Under the pieces are notes generated by a model. It was not told the DNA's origin. It ran no database searches and saw only the letters and a program-made list of their open reading frames with translations. A program made the position numbers and the translations under genes. This document shows, in pieces, positions 78,386-92,424 of a DNA stretch of 248,000 bases (positions are counted from its first letter, which is position 1; every line of letters starts with the position of its first letter). Origin of the DNA: Octopus vulgaris (taxonomy: Eukaryota); the NCBI GenBank assembly GCA_951406725.2, contig OX597825.1:14900001-15148000 (forward strand). The letters are read 5' to 3'.

Positions 78386-78421
78386 CTTTAACGTTTCGAG
78401 CCTACGCTCTTCAACAGAAAG
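78386..78421 (-). ncRNA. Minimal type I hammerhead with non-canonical core CUGUUGA (family H4)
   Basis: CUUU-CUGUUGA-A-GAGC-GUAG-GCUC-GAA-ACGU-U-AAAG; helix I CUUU/AAAG, helix II GAGC/GCUC, palindromic ACGU as helix III. Confidence 0.65.
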
Positions 78422-78469
78422 GAATACAGAAAGAAATAAGGAGAGAAAATAAAGAGAGAAATGTGTGTG

Positions 78470-78539
<70 letters not shown>

Positions 78540-78541
<2 letters not shown>

Positions 78542-78770
78542 TGCGTGTGTTTGTATGTCTTTGTTTGTTCCCCTAGCATTGCTTGACAACCGATGCTGGT
78601 GTGTTTACGACCCCGTTACTTAGCGGTTCGGCAAAAGAGACCGATAGAATAGGTACTGGGCTTACAAAATAATAAGTCCCAGGGTCGAGTTGCTCGATTA
78701 AAGGCGGTGCTCCAGCATGGCCGCAGTCAAATGACTGAAACAAGTAAAAGATTAAAAGAGTAAAAGAGTA
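78540..78770 (+). mobile_element. SINE B, 3' half
   Basis: Matches the B tail ending in GAGTAAAA repeats. Confidence 0.75.
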
Positions 78771-79304
78771 TATATATATACATACACATATATATAACTT
78801 TTAAATTTGTTCACGGAAAACGTTTTCCATATGCAAATATGGCTCCTAGGCTATATAGAATAGTGTATGTGTGTGCGCGTCCGTGTAGGCATGCGTACAC
78901 ATTAGTGAAATGAGGGAATATATAGTAAGCGGAACATGAACAAGTATATCACATATAAATTTCGACAATGTAAAGAAATGGATAATGCGTAGAGAAATAA
79001 AATATTATCGTATCACTTAAGAATTATGCACAAATAAAATACACTGAATGAAAAACAAACCCAAGACACAAAGTAACGCTTTAGTTGTATTCTTCAATGT
79101 AAAGAACGTAAAATAATATTGACTTGGGTAAAGAAAACAGGGACGATAGTAAGAGTACAGCTCCTATTTACATAGCACTCACACATACACCTACACATAC
79201 ACACAATATTCAGAATGCATATTTTGCATTATTTATGTCTGGTGCATCAAGGCACTGTAAAGTTAAATCTCCATTCGCGTAATATGCCCTTTAGAATGTA
79301 TTTA

Positions 79305-79722
79305 AGTTGCCGAGCTGGCAGAAACGTTAGCACGCCGGGCGAGATGCTTAGCTGTATTTCGTCTGTCGTTACGTTCTGAGTTCAAATTCCGCCGAGGTAG
79401 ACTTTGCCTTTCATCCTTTCGAGATCGATAAATTAAGTACCAGTTACGCAGTGGGGTCGATTTAATCGGCTTAATCCGTTTGTCTGTCCCTGTTTGCCCT
79501 CTCTGTGTTCAGCCCCTTGTGGGTAATAAAGAAATAGGTATATCGTCTGCCGTTACGTTCTGAGTTTGAATTCCACCGAGGTCGACTTTGCCTTTCATCC
79601 TTTCGGGGTCGATAAATTAAGTACCAGTTACGCACTGGGATCGATGTAAGCGACTTAATCTCTTCGTCTGTCCTTGTTTGCCCCCTCTATGTTTAGCTCC
79701 TTGTGGGAAATAAAGAAATAAG
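79305..79722 (+). mobile_element. SINE A head-to-tail dimer
   Basis: Junction AATAAAGAAATA|GGTATATCGTCTGCCGTTACG near 79535. Confidence 0.85.
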
Positions 79723-81475
79723 AGTGTATTTTGATGCTGATATACACTCTTGTTATAAATATATTGCTCATATCTACATTATGCTGCTGGCATCGGGCAA
79801 TTACTGATTAATTTGATTTATTTAAATTTCTATGATGTACCCAAGTTGTATTGTATGTTATACGTTTATATACACCCGCTCATGTCTTATGCTATGTAGT
79901 CATTAAAGTCATTATTATATTAAGGGGTTTTCATTAGGTTCCTAAACCTTATCAGTTAGATTCCCAAATAGCACCATGTTTTAAAACGGCCGGTATTCAG
80001 ATATATTTTCAAACAGTCAATTAGAATAGGCGAGTCTTGCTTTGAGCATTGTTACTACGAGAGAAAAGTTAGGAATTGAATCACGAATGCACTACTCTAG
80101 GCAGAATATTATTGTTCAAAACCTGCAGGCAAAAAGATAAATAGCCTGACTTATTCATCTCCATTTCAAGCATTTTGAATGTGTATTCCATAATTGATGT
80201 TTTAAAAGAGAAACTTCGCCAAAGTTATAACTGCAAACTTGGCTAAAGTCAGTGGATAGTCGTAAAAAGAAATAATGATATATGGATATATATTATAGAA
80301 GAATCGAAATTTTACTTTTGCTAAACCTCAAAGGTCATTTATCTATGGTCAAATTTTACACTTACCGATTTTATGCAATGCTAAGAAGAATTTGAAAGAG
80401 CATAAGAATATTTTATTACATGTCTTTTTGTCGAATCATCAATACTTCATTTTCATTCTCAATTCTCTCAGTTCAAAAGTTGAAGTGAGGGATAATTTAA
80501 TTTAATTTATTTCGCAGACAACTGAAATTTCTCTGTCAAAGATTCATTGGCTTTTGATGTTTGCAAATCGACTGAAGACATTATAAGTGAGTGTATTAGT
80601 TCATAACCTTTGGTTTACAGCAATATCTGGGGTTAAGTTTGAATATATACAGGAAACAAATTCTCCTGTTGTTGGAAGCCAAAGGAACAATACTGAAATA
80701 AAATAGAAAGAGGGGAGTGAGCAAAGAAGATGAAGGCAAACGAATTGCTGAACTAAGATAGAATAGAGAGAGATGCTTGAGAAGTGTGTGAATTACGTGA
80801 GATAAATAAACATAGGAAATAGGAATACAAGGCTGAGAAAAATAACAAAACGAAGTGATAAGGAGGGGAAACAAGTTACGAACAATATATACAAACATGA
80901 ATCATGGCCAAATGTAGGATAATGGAATGAATAAACGTGCAAGTACATGCATTGGGATATAATTGCAACACACCATTAATGGATAAATATTCGATGAAAC
81001 AATGTTCAGCATCACAAAAGTTTAAGGTTTAAAGCTTGTAACAACCTACAAAATAAAAACAAATCTCCATGTTATCATAACCGATGTGAATATTACTGAA
81101 ATCTTATTCCACGTGACCAAAATTTAACGAAATGTCAAGAGAGCCGTCATCCATTACAACAGTTCAGCCATGATTGTAACACATGCAGTCAGAATTATTG
81201 TTATTCCCATCATAGAAAACCATCATCGCCTCTTCTATATCTGATCGTAAGATCTCTATTAATCTGTAGATAAAACGTAACATTAACAACGCCGGCAAGG
81301 TAGCTCACCAATGCAAAAAGCTTTTTAGTCACTGTTAGTACCAGTATTGCCGCCATTATTCGAGGCCACATTATTATCAAATACCCCGTCATCCAAACAG
81401 CAGAAGCACCAGTATATGTACCATTAAGATTTAGCGTAGCAGCCAGAGTAACAGCAGCAGCGACACGCGCAACCA

Positions 81476-81503
81476 TGACAGCAGCAGCCACAGCAGCAGC
81501 AGC

Positions 81504-81559
<56 letters not shown>

Positions 81560-81605
81560 TAGTAATAATAGCAGCAGCAGCAGCAGTAGTAGTAGCAGTA
81601 ATAAT

Positions 81606-81640
<35 letters not shown>

Positions 81641-81641
81641 T

Positions 81642-81675
<34 letters not shown>

Positions 81676-81689
81676 ATAATAGCAGCAGT

Positions 81690-81721
<32 letters not shown>

Positions 81722-81782
81722 TAGTAGTAGTAATAATAGCAGGAGTAGCAGCAGTAGTAGTAGTAGTAATAATAGCAGCAGT

Positions 81783-81814
<32 letters not shown>

Positions 81815-81836
81815 TAGTAGTAATAATAGCAGCAGT

Positions 81837-81868
<32 letters not shown>

Positions 81869-81917
81869 TAGTAGTAGCAGTAATAATAGCAGCAGAAGTA
81901 GTAGTAGTAGTAGTAGT

Positions 81918-81951
<34 letters not shown>

Positions 81952-81965
81952 ATAATAGCAGCAGT

Positions 81966-82014
<49 letters not shown>

Positions 82015-82043
82015 ATAATAGCAGGAGTAGCAGTAGTAATAAT

Positions 82044-82089
<46 letters not shown>

Positions 82090-82094
82090 ATAAT

Positions 82095-82126
<32 letters not shown>

Positions 82127-82205
82127 TAGTAGTAGTATCAGCAGCAGTAGTAGTAGTAGCAGCAGCAGTAGTAGTAGTAGCAGCAGCAGTAGTAGTAGTA
82201 ATAAT

Positions 82206-82254
<49 letters not shown>

Positions 82255-82259
82255 ATAAT

Positions 82260-82305
<46 letters not shown>

Positions 82306-82502
82306 TCAGCAGCAGTATCAGTAGCAGTAGTAGTAGTAATAATAGCAGCAGCAGTAGTAGTAGTAGCAGCAGCAGTAGCAGTAGTAGTAGTAATAATAGC
82401 AGCAGCAGCAGTAGTAGTAGTAGTAGTAGTAGCAGCAGTAGTAGCAGTAGTAGTAGTAATAATAGCAGCAGCAGTAGTAGTAGTAGTAGTAGTAGTAGCA
82501 GC

Positions 82503-82551
<49 letters not shown>

Positions 82552-82606
82552 TCAGCAGCAGTATCAGTAGTAGTAGTAGTAGTAGTAGCAGCAGCAGCAG
82601 CAGTAT
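81476..82606. repeat. 1.1-kb cryptic (GTA/GCA/ATA)n trinucleotide array
   Basis: Direct inspection; it generates the poly-Leu and poly-Ala/Val ORFs in the track. Confidence 0.95.
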
Positions 82607-83323
82607 AATTGGTATTGTCTTAGTCATGGCCAACACTATGATTGTTGTCAATATTTATATGACTTCCCAGGAAACATTAAAACCTGTTTGAAAGCACCGG
82701 CGATACTAAATGTCAGAGGGAAACACTTTGAAGTGGGATTTACGACTATTGTGTTCGAAATGGTCGAACGCATTAAAATCACGCTCCAGCAAATCTCACG
82801 GCGCCATATAGCGATGACAATTCGCTTCATTTATTTGTAATAAACAGTCAATTTTATAACAATTAAGTCTTTAAAATTTTTATAACTGTTAACACTAGAC
82901 AGACGATCGTATATCACGGCAGCAAAATCCGAAATCTGAAAATCAGGTTCCTTATTGAAGGGAAGAAGATATCGTATAGATTTGCTCTATAGCGTCTCCA
83001 CTATAGAAAATCGGAAAGCGTTTTTATATAAGCCATTTACTTCGCATTATTTTCTAACAGAAAATGTGACCGAGTTATGAAAATTAATTGAAAAATAAAC
83101 TGTTGAAACAAGCAGTTCAAATAAGCAGTTCAATATCATCCTACCTCAAGGGAGTTATTACCTCTTATAAGTTATTACCTCTTCAAAAACAAAATAATGA
83201 AAATAGCAATTGGACGGTTAATGTCTGTGTTATAAGAGGAAGGGATTTTTATTTTATCGTGTATGAAGTATAGTGGGATATCGTTAAATGTATAGGCGTT
83301 CGTAAATCATTATACAAATGTTG

Positions 83324-83384
<61 letters not shown>

Positions 83385-83405
83385 GTATATATATATGTAT
83401 ATATA

Positions 83406-83443
<38 letters not shown>

Positions 83444-84198
83444 GGAGTGCTACTGGTAACATGCAATCCAGTACAACCTGTTGCATAGTCGGGTCGTCGT
83501 CGAATAAACCGGCAAACCCACCAAGCTTGCTTGGTCAGGAGGGTGTTTATTGGACACCCTGCGGAATGAAAAACAAAACCCGTCAAAGGGTGGAGGAACT
83601 CTTGAGAGTCAACGGCCATCCAATAAATGTCTTACGGTGGTACCATGCGCGGGGACATAGAAATAATCGGACTGAATACCCGATCGCGCGGTTAAACCAT
83701 TGGGAGTGAAGGACTCCTAGCCTTTGTTAGGGCATCCTTCTAGGAGAAGGTAACTCAGATAACTGGGATAACTCTGACATAAAACATGCGGCCCAGTGGT
83801 TATCGATGATGTTAACTTGTTCTTCTTTTCGGATTATGGCTGCTGTTGTTTAGTGAGTGGGATTGACTCAGTGCACAGCCTTTCCTCACTTCAAAAATAA
83901 ACTTCTTGCACAGGCATTGCACGATAACAACATTGATTAAGATTTGCGCAATGGCCATACTCGATAACGAGGGTGCAGCTACCATATATATATCCTCTTA
84001 TCTTTTACTTGTTTCAGACGTTTGAATCTGCCGATGCTGGGGCAGTGATTTTAATCGCAGAAATCGACCTCAGGACTTAAGTTTGTAAGCTTAGTACTTA
84101 TTCTATCAGACTGTTTTGACAAGCCGCTAAGTTACAGGGACGTAAACGCACCAACATCAGTTGTCAAGCGATGGTAGGGGGGGATACACAGAAAGGAA

Positions 84199-84241
<43 letters not shown>

Positions 84242-84274
84242 CGACAGGCTTCTTTCTGTTTCCATCTACCAAAT

Positions 84275-84830
84275 CCACTGGATCATAAAGAGCAAAAGGC
84301 AGCCCAAATCAATGAAAAGTCTTCAACTGCAGGTCAACAACATCGAAACCGACAGTAAAATAATGGGGTAAACCTAACTGTGACATATGTGTCAAACTCA
84401 TTGAGGTATCGGAATTCTCCTTGAAACAGGGTCAACGTTTTGCAATGAATAACAACTTCACATATGCATTGGAAAACCTAATATATGTACTAACTTGCTC
84501 AAGATGTCGAGAACGATATATTGGTCGAACTAAAAACAGTATACGCCAGAGGATGACGGTATATAGAACCCACATTAAAATACAGGAATACAGAAAAATA
84601 GGATTAAGCGACCACATGGATATTTGCGCCACAAACGAAATATCGAACTTAAGAGTTTTCCCCTCTATAAATTCAGGGACCGTGCAATCATTAATCTGAG
84701 CATTAACAATTCAGCATATTTCATCGCAAAATATAAATCTATTTTGAATGCTTCCGTCACAGCTGAAGCTACTACAAGAATTTAGAACAATTCCAACCAT
84801 TACAGCTACGACTAGAACAGGTCACTTTTA
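84275..84830 (+). mobile_element. Penelope-like element fragment, GIY-YIG endonuclease
   Basis: KPNCDICVKL..NNFTYALENLIYVLTCSRCRERYIGRTKNSIRQRMTVYRTHI..SDHMDIC: GIY-YIG motif with the upstream C..C typical of PLEs. It truncates a SINE B at 83995-84275. Confidence 0.85.
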
Positions 84831-85248
84831 GGCCATTTGACCATTAAAGAAGATTCCACGAACAATATATTGTTTCACACCACTCCTGTATTTTCTTTTC
84901 TTTCTCCTTCTTCTTGTTTCCTTACTCTTACTTCTACATCTCCTTCTTCTTCTCCTCCACTTCCTCCTCTTTCTTCTTCTTCTTCCTGTTCTTCTTCTCC
85001 CCTCTCAGCTATTCCTGCCTAAACCATCAACTCTCTGTACTCATAAAACTATTTACATAAAACTGTTCACAAAAGAAGAGAAAGAGAGACAGATATTTGA
85101 AGATTATGAAAATATTTACAAAGCATTTCACTGAATTGTTTTTTTTCGTATTTTATCCTTAGCTGAAAAATCTAAGTGGGAAACCGGTACTAAAAGGTAC
85201 TTCCTGACAAAATTATTTTATAAACATCTTCTACGCTACAACTGTTTA

Positions 85249-85283
<35 letters not shown>

Positions 85284-85301
85284 CTTATTATATATATATA
85301 T

Positions 85302-85373
<72 letters not shown>

Positions 85374-85964
85374 TGGAATTATGTATGTGTGTGCGTACGC
85401 GTGTGCGCCTATCTCAGATGCGTGAGCGTCCTGGTGTTTTATTTTACACTACTCTTCAGAGCAAGAAATAGAAGGTAAAATGAACTTAAAATGACACCTA
85501 GCTTAAAGTACTTAGGTGTCTATTTTTCAGTTAGAGCGATTGGTTAATTCCTCTTTAGTACACTAAATGCTCAGTAATGTTAGGGAATATGATATATGTT
85601 TCTTCTTTTGTTTCTTCACTTCGAATACATATTATCGGATTTTGCTGTCAACTTCGTACGTTTGTCATTCAATTTGATAATTCGGTCATTTAAAGTCGCG
85701 AAAAATGTTAGCGCCGTGAAGTTACCCATTCGAATTCGTTTTAAGATTATTCAAGTTCGCGCTTCCATCAAAGCATATGGCATTGACATCATTCAAATTA
85801 AAATGCCCGTCGAGAGCATTCAAATTATTCACAGTGCATGGAAGCGTCTTTTCGGGCAATGAAATTCGCACGTAACCATTCGAGTTCGGAATAAATTGAT
85901 CAGTTTAGCAGTAACTTTACATGTGTAATTTATCTCATATTTTAAGAAGTGAATATTAACAATG

Positions 85965-86290
85965 AGAAGGCGCATGGCTTAGTGGTTAGGGCATTCGGCT
86001 GACGATTGTAAGGTCAGGAGTTCGATTCCCGGCGATGCGTTGTGTCCTTGAGCAAGACACTTTATTTCACGTTGCTCCAGTTCCACTCAGCTGGCAAAAA
86101 TGAGTTGTACCTGTTTCAAAGGGCCGGCATTGTCACACTTTATGTCACGCTGAATCTCCCTGAGAACTACGTTAAGGGTACTCGTGTCTGTGGATTGCTC
86201 GGTCACTTGCACGTTAATTCCACGAGCAAGCAGTTCCGTTGATCGTTTCAGCTGGGACCCTCGTCGTCGTAACCGACGGAGTGCTCCTTA
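85965..86290 (+). mobile_element. Hybrid SINE: group C head/core with group D tail 1
   Basis: TGTGTCCTTGAGCAAGACAC core joined to GAGAACTACGTTAAGGG...CGTAACCGACGGAGTGC; siblings at 112163-112490 and 134440-134705. Confidence 0.75.
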
Positions 86291-86974
86291 TTAACAATGA
86301 CAAATTTAAGTGGCATATATTGTCAAGTAAATAATATACTTCGTAATGGGGCAGCAGTTGTATGATATTTTTATCGAACATCCATAAAAAATCTTCGTTT
86401 AGTTATGGTTCACAGGAAAATGTTGATGCAATAATGTCACGAATTACTTGCCTACGTTAATCTTAAGATTTAAGAGAAATGGAAGTCGGAACTAATAGTT
86501 TAGCCACATCTAGTTTTAGATTCCATATTTTTTAATTGGAGGTTTCTAAGATACAGTATCTTCAAAGCAGTTGTTAGCTTGGGCTTTGTTATAGTTAGGG
86601 ACTGCTTTATCAAATGTTTCCTTTGAAGTGGAGTGATTAGATATTCTTTCATTAATGTTGGCTATCAGGTTTTTAAACATTATAGTGGGTAGACAGATCT
86701 GCTTGTGTATATATGTGTGTTTCTCATCTGGTTATTGACAGGAATGCGAGATCAAGACTCGTGGAACGCCATAGAAATCAATCTTGGACTGATTAGTGGT
86801 TATAGAAATGTTGAATCCTAATTGGTTATCGTGTTGTCACGGCATGAAACTATTGTTAGCTATTCTTTAAATACTGTGTATAATTAATTATATGATACTA
86901 CAAATAACCGAACAGAAGACTGCATATATAGACAGGTATATGTATATATATAAGTATATGTATATATATATATT

Positions 86975-87392
86975 CTTTCTTTCTTTTGCTTGTTTCAGTC
87001 ATTTGACTGCGGCCATGCTGGAGCACCGCCTTTAGTCGAGGAGCAAATCGATCCCGGGACTTATTCTTTTGTCAGGCCAGTACTTATTCTATCGGTCTCT
87101 TTTGCCGAACCGCTAAGTGACGGGGACATAAACACACCAGCATCGGTTGTCAAGCAATGCTAGGGGGACAAACATATACACACAAACATATACACACACA
87201 CTTATATATATATATATATATATATACATATATACGACAGGCTTCTTTCAGTTTCCGTCTACCAAATCCACTCACAAGGCATTGGTCGGCCCGGGGCTAT
87301 AGCAGAAGACACTTGCCCAAGATGCCACGCAGTGGGACTGAACCCGGAACCATGTGGTTGGTTAGCAAGCTACTTACCACACCGCCACTCCT
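86975..87392 (-). mobile_element. SINE group B
   Basis: Full-length match. Confidence 0.85.
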
Positions 87393-87458
87393 AATATTTG
87401 GGAGTAAATCCAAACTTACAGGGAAAAATTAGATTTAGGATTAAATCTAATTTTATAG

Positions 87459-87531
<73 letters not shown>

Positions 87532-87741
87532 TTAGAGATAAAACCACTATTAGGCAAATCAAACAGTGAAAATCATAAACAATGCATAGAAATAAAATTA
87601 ATTAATAAAAAAATTTTTATTTCTATGTATTGGTTTATGATTTTCACTGTTTGATTTGCCTAATAGTGGTTTTATCTCTAATTTAATATAATATATATAT
87701 ATTTATATATATATATATATATGCATGTATATGTGCATGTA

Positions 87742-87778
<37 letters not shown>

Positions 87779-89806
87779 GTAATGATTGTGAATGTGTGAC
87801 GTATTGTCAAAGAGAAATCGAACTAGCATTGCATATTTGGTTCGTCGTAATTTTAACACGCTCAGATGTCATTCTTACATATATTACACCATCTAAAGAG
87901 ATTTCGATGAAATATGAAAACAATTTGATTCCTCTAGTTCCTTCAGCACTTTGTATATCACTAAATAATTCTCTTTCCATTATTGATTAGGTGTTAATTT
88001 TGCTTATTTCAGAGTTCAGCATAGATTATTTCACTACACCTTCAATTCGTTTTTTTTTTTTTCAACCAACAACAACCCCAACAAGGAAAGACTCATGCCA
88101 CTGCATTATTCATATCCTATTTCGCCATTCTTATCACGCGTTCACACAATTTGCGTGTTATTTGAAATTAGCAGGCCTCTAAATGATGTCAGCTCTTATA
88201 ACTCTCAAAACATTTCACACATAACTAGTAATTCTCACACACACATCAAATACTTCCCCAGCCTTTCCAGCACTTCTGCTTCTATATTGATTGACTGAAA
88301 CGCTTATTGGTAAAGTGTCATAAAATGAGAATCACACTCTCTTCATTTCACTTTCTAAGGGAGTGCTTCCTTTATTCTAGCCTATCTTATCAATTCTGCT
88401 CGTACAAATTTTTCATCACTAAACTATTACAAGTATATTGTATCGCGTTACTTAAACCTCACCAGTGTATCTTACATTTTGGCAGTCACAATTTTCTTAC
88501 ATATTTACGGTTTATATATGGTTCTGTGTATCTGCTGCATTCCCTGAAATTCTAGCTCCAAAATGTCTTGGTCTTTTCTTCACATTCATAATAGACTTTA
88601 CAAAAAAGACTAGCTAATACCTGTATTTGCTTGAGAACGTATTCCAATTATTCCCTATAACTATCACGGGCACTAAACAGAACGTGATTAAAATGAACAT
88701 TTCTTTGTCGGGCGGACTAGATTTATTATCTTTGCTTGCAATAAATTACACTTTCCTACAAGCATTCAACAGCAATATTGTCTTGCTAAACCATAAAGAT
88801 GGCGGTAGATGTTTTGCAGCAAATCCTGCAGGTGCATTAAATTATTGGGCTTTTACTTCAACGTTCCGTTTCTGAAACCTATCAAGTAATCAAGGAACAT
88901 TACTTGTAGGCAAGTGCTGCGCTGTCCTAGGAAAAGGCAAAAAATAAAAAGGCACAGCAGCAAAGCACCGAATCTAACAACATTATCAGAGCTTAGAAGT
89001 GAATGAAAATAGATATGCATAAAAATCAAGTTTGCATATGAATCTATACACGAACTGCAGTATATACATGCACGTGAATGCACACATATATAGGCAATAC
89101 AAGGGAAAGTAGGACACATATATGCAGTCATATCTGTTTGAAATCTGTGTCTGTATACACGAGCGTATGTATGAGATATTCGTGTGTAGATATATGTTAT
89201 TACTTAGATGTATCTAGATTAAAGTTTACTGAAACTTACAAATAAATGAAACGTGTTATTCTTCTCAACTCTGCCTTTTGTTGGCAGGCAACATCTTATA
89301 ATATTTCTATGCAAAATATTATTTAATTCTCAAAGCAAACTATTCTTAATAGGAAATATGTTTGTTTCTACATTCTTTCAAAGTCATTTTGAAATACATA
89401 TTGCAATTTCCGTGTAGTGAAATATTCTAAAGATATGAATATAATTCTAGAATAGCTATGCAATATTTCTTTATATAAAAGGTTTAATTTCATTTCCTAC
89501 ACCCCCAAATGAATTTCTAAAATATTTCTCACCGATTTATTATTTAAGAGAGAAGAAAAAGGAACCTTTTTTTCAAAATCAGCAATAAATATATAATGTA
89601 TTTTTTTCATTCTACTTCTAACAAAAATTATTTTGAAAAATCGAAATTTTCGCATGGAAATATATATGAATGCATGTATTATATTATGTATGCAAATATA
89701 TTTAACTGTGTATATATTTGTGTACATATGCTTGTGTGTGTATTTGCGCGTGCGTGAAGCAGAGAGCATGTAGATGTTCAATACATGCATATATACAAAT
89801 ATAATG

Positions 89807-89848
<42 letters not shown>

Positions 89849-90920
89849 GTGTGTGTGTTTGTGTGTATGTATGTATATGTATGTATGTGTGTGTGTATGT
89901 TTGTATGTATATGTATGTGTGTATGTATGTATGTATGTATGTATATATGTATGTATGTATATATGTATGTATGTATAAATGTATATATGCATTTGCGTGT
90001 GTATGTGCTGTATGAAAGAAACATACAAACACGCTTTTGAATTTAATATGAACGGAAATATATATTTGTTTTGTCAAGAACAATGACCTTACATAAATAT
90101 AACTGTATACACATTTTCGTGATATTGTTTCTCTCTGAATAAGAGTATGTGTGTGTATTTGCGTGACTGTATGTGTGTTCGTGTGTGTGCATTTGTATAT
90201 TTGTGTGTGTGTATGTTCCAATTTTTATTTGCTTATACGTGTACGTACGTATGCTTGTGTGTGCATATTATCAGATGTGTGATTCTATTGGCAAATATTT
90301 GAAATTCAAAAGTAATTTAAGTGACAAACTCTTTCTATGAGAAACCAATAATGAGAAGCTCAATGATACGGCATGAAAAGCTATTGAGAGTTTTGCTGTA
90401 TATATTCTTATGTTCCTACAAGATTTTCAATCGTTTTCCTGGCGACCTGAGATACTTCCTCTTTCAGATGCTCTATGTGAATTTACAGCTCTTCACAAGC
90501 GCACGCGTACTTATGTATTACTCTTAATTCTTTTTCCCTTGTTTTTGTGCGTGTCTATATACAAATATATATATACATAATTCTTTATGTATTGATATAG
90601 TTAGGTAAGTAGGTAGGTAGGTAGGTAGATAGACAGACAGGTGGGCAGATAGATAGATACGTAGATAGACAGATATATATATATATATATATATATGTTG
90701 AGAGAGAGAGAGAGAGAGAGATAGATAGATGGATAGATAGGTAGGTAGGTAGATAGGTAGGTAGGTAGGTATATAGGTAGGTAGGTAGGTAGGTAGGTAG
90801 GTAGGTAGGTAGGTAGGTAGGTAGGTAGGTAGGTAGGCAGGTAGTGAGCTGGATAGACCGACAGACAGACAGATAGATAGATATATAGATAGACAGATAG
90901 ATAGCTTGATAGATAGATTA

Positions 90921-90956
<36 letters not shown>

Positions 90957-91020
90957 GTAATTATGTAGTTAGGTAGGTAGATAGATAGATATATAGATAT
91001 ATAGATAAATATATATATAT

Positions 91021-91111
<91 letters not shown>

Positions 91112-91633
91112 TGCGCATAAGTAAACATACATAGAGATAAAGAGATAAGTAGAGAGATTTACATTCATATACATTCATAACAATCATATACATATATGAA
91201 TTTATTTGACCATCCAAACTGTGGATAGAAATACATGAGCACTAAGTATCGCGCTCGCTGAATTACTTAATTCTTCCATTCCTTTGTAAAATATTTTATA
91301 CGCATCCATAAATCATCTCTTTTATTTCCAATACCCATATTATTTATCTGTTTTGTATACAGTAAGATATTTTCCGTCTCGTTTTCTTGCCTGTTTCTAT
91401 ATGTTAATACATAGCTTTCTTTGTTACTATTACATAGCTACAACTCACCCCACTCACTCAAGTTATATACGAGCAGGTTATCTCTCATTCTTTACATACG
91501 AGTTTCCAGTTCGCCTGGACGCTATCTTCTACTTAACTATACATTTCCGTACAAGCTACTAGTCCTAGGTTTCTCACACTTCAGTTTATATATTCTTTTG
91601 TAGATAACAGTGTTTCTGCGTTCTTTCTATATT

Positions 91634-91690
<57 letters not shown>

Positions 91691-91960
91691 TACACACACA
91701 CACATAAATAATAGGTGTGGATGTCTGGTAAGGACCTTCGTTCTGAGCTACAAGCGCTCGGGTTCCATTTCACTCAGTGGCATCTTGGTCAAGAGTTTTC
91801 TATTATTGCCTCGGGCTGACCAAAACCTTGTGAATGGAATTGGTAGAGGAAAACAAAAAGGCCATCGTATATATGGTGAGAATTTGCCAAAGACAAAGGA
91901 ATACGTTTCTCGACAGCACATGCTATATAGGAGTGTTTGTATATATACATACATACACAC

Positions 91961-92024
<64 letters not shown>

Positions 92025-92104
92025 CATCCCACAAAAAAAGCTCTTCCTTGTAATTTGTCCCATCTGTGTGCAGCCCTGTGTGGCCAATAAAGAAACATAT
92101 ATAT

Positions 92105-92297
92105 ATACGGAGAATTCACAAAAAAAAACAAAAGACGAAGACAGGTGGTGTAAACAACACACATATGTATTAGTATAACACTAGGAAAGTGAAAAAGTCT
92201 TTAACGTTTCGAGCCTACGCTCTTCCACAGAAAAGAACACAGAAAGAAACAAGGAGAGAAAAAAATGTGTGTAGTGGCTAACGATCTATCATGGCGA

Positions 92298-92298
<1 letters not shown>
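92105..92298 (-). mobile_element. About 190-nt hammerhead-bearing element H4 between (TA)n tracts; ribozyme at 92199-92234
   Basis: Core CUGUGGA-A-GAGC-GUAG-GCUC-GAAACGUU-AAAG; same ends as copies at 78285, 160655, 180210 and 184575. Confidence 0.7.
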
Positions 92299-92355
<57 letters not shown>

Positions 92356-92364
92356 TAGATAGAT

Positions 92365-92424
<60 letters not shown>

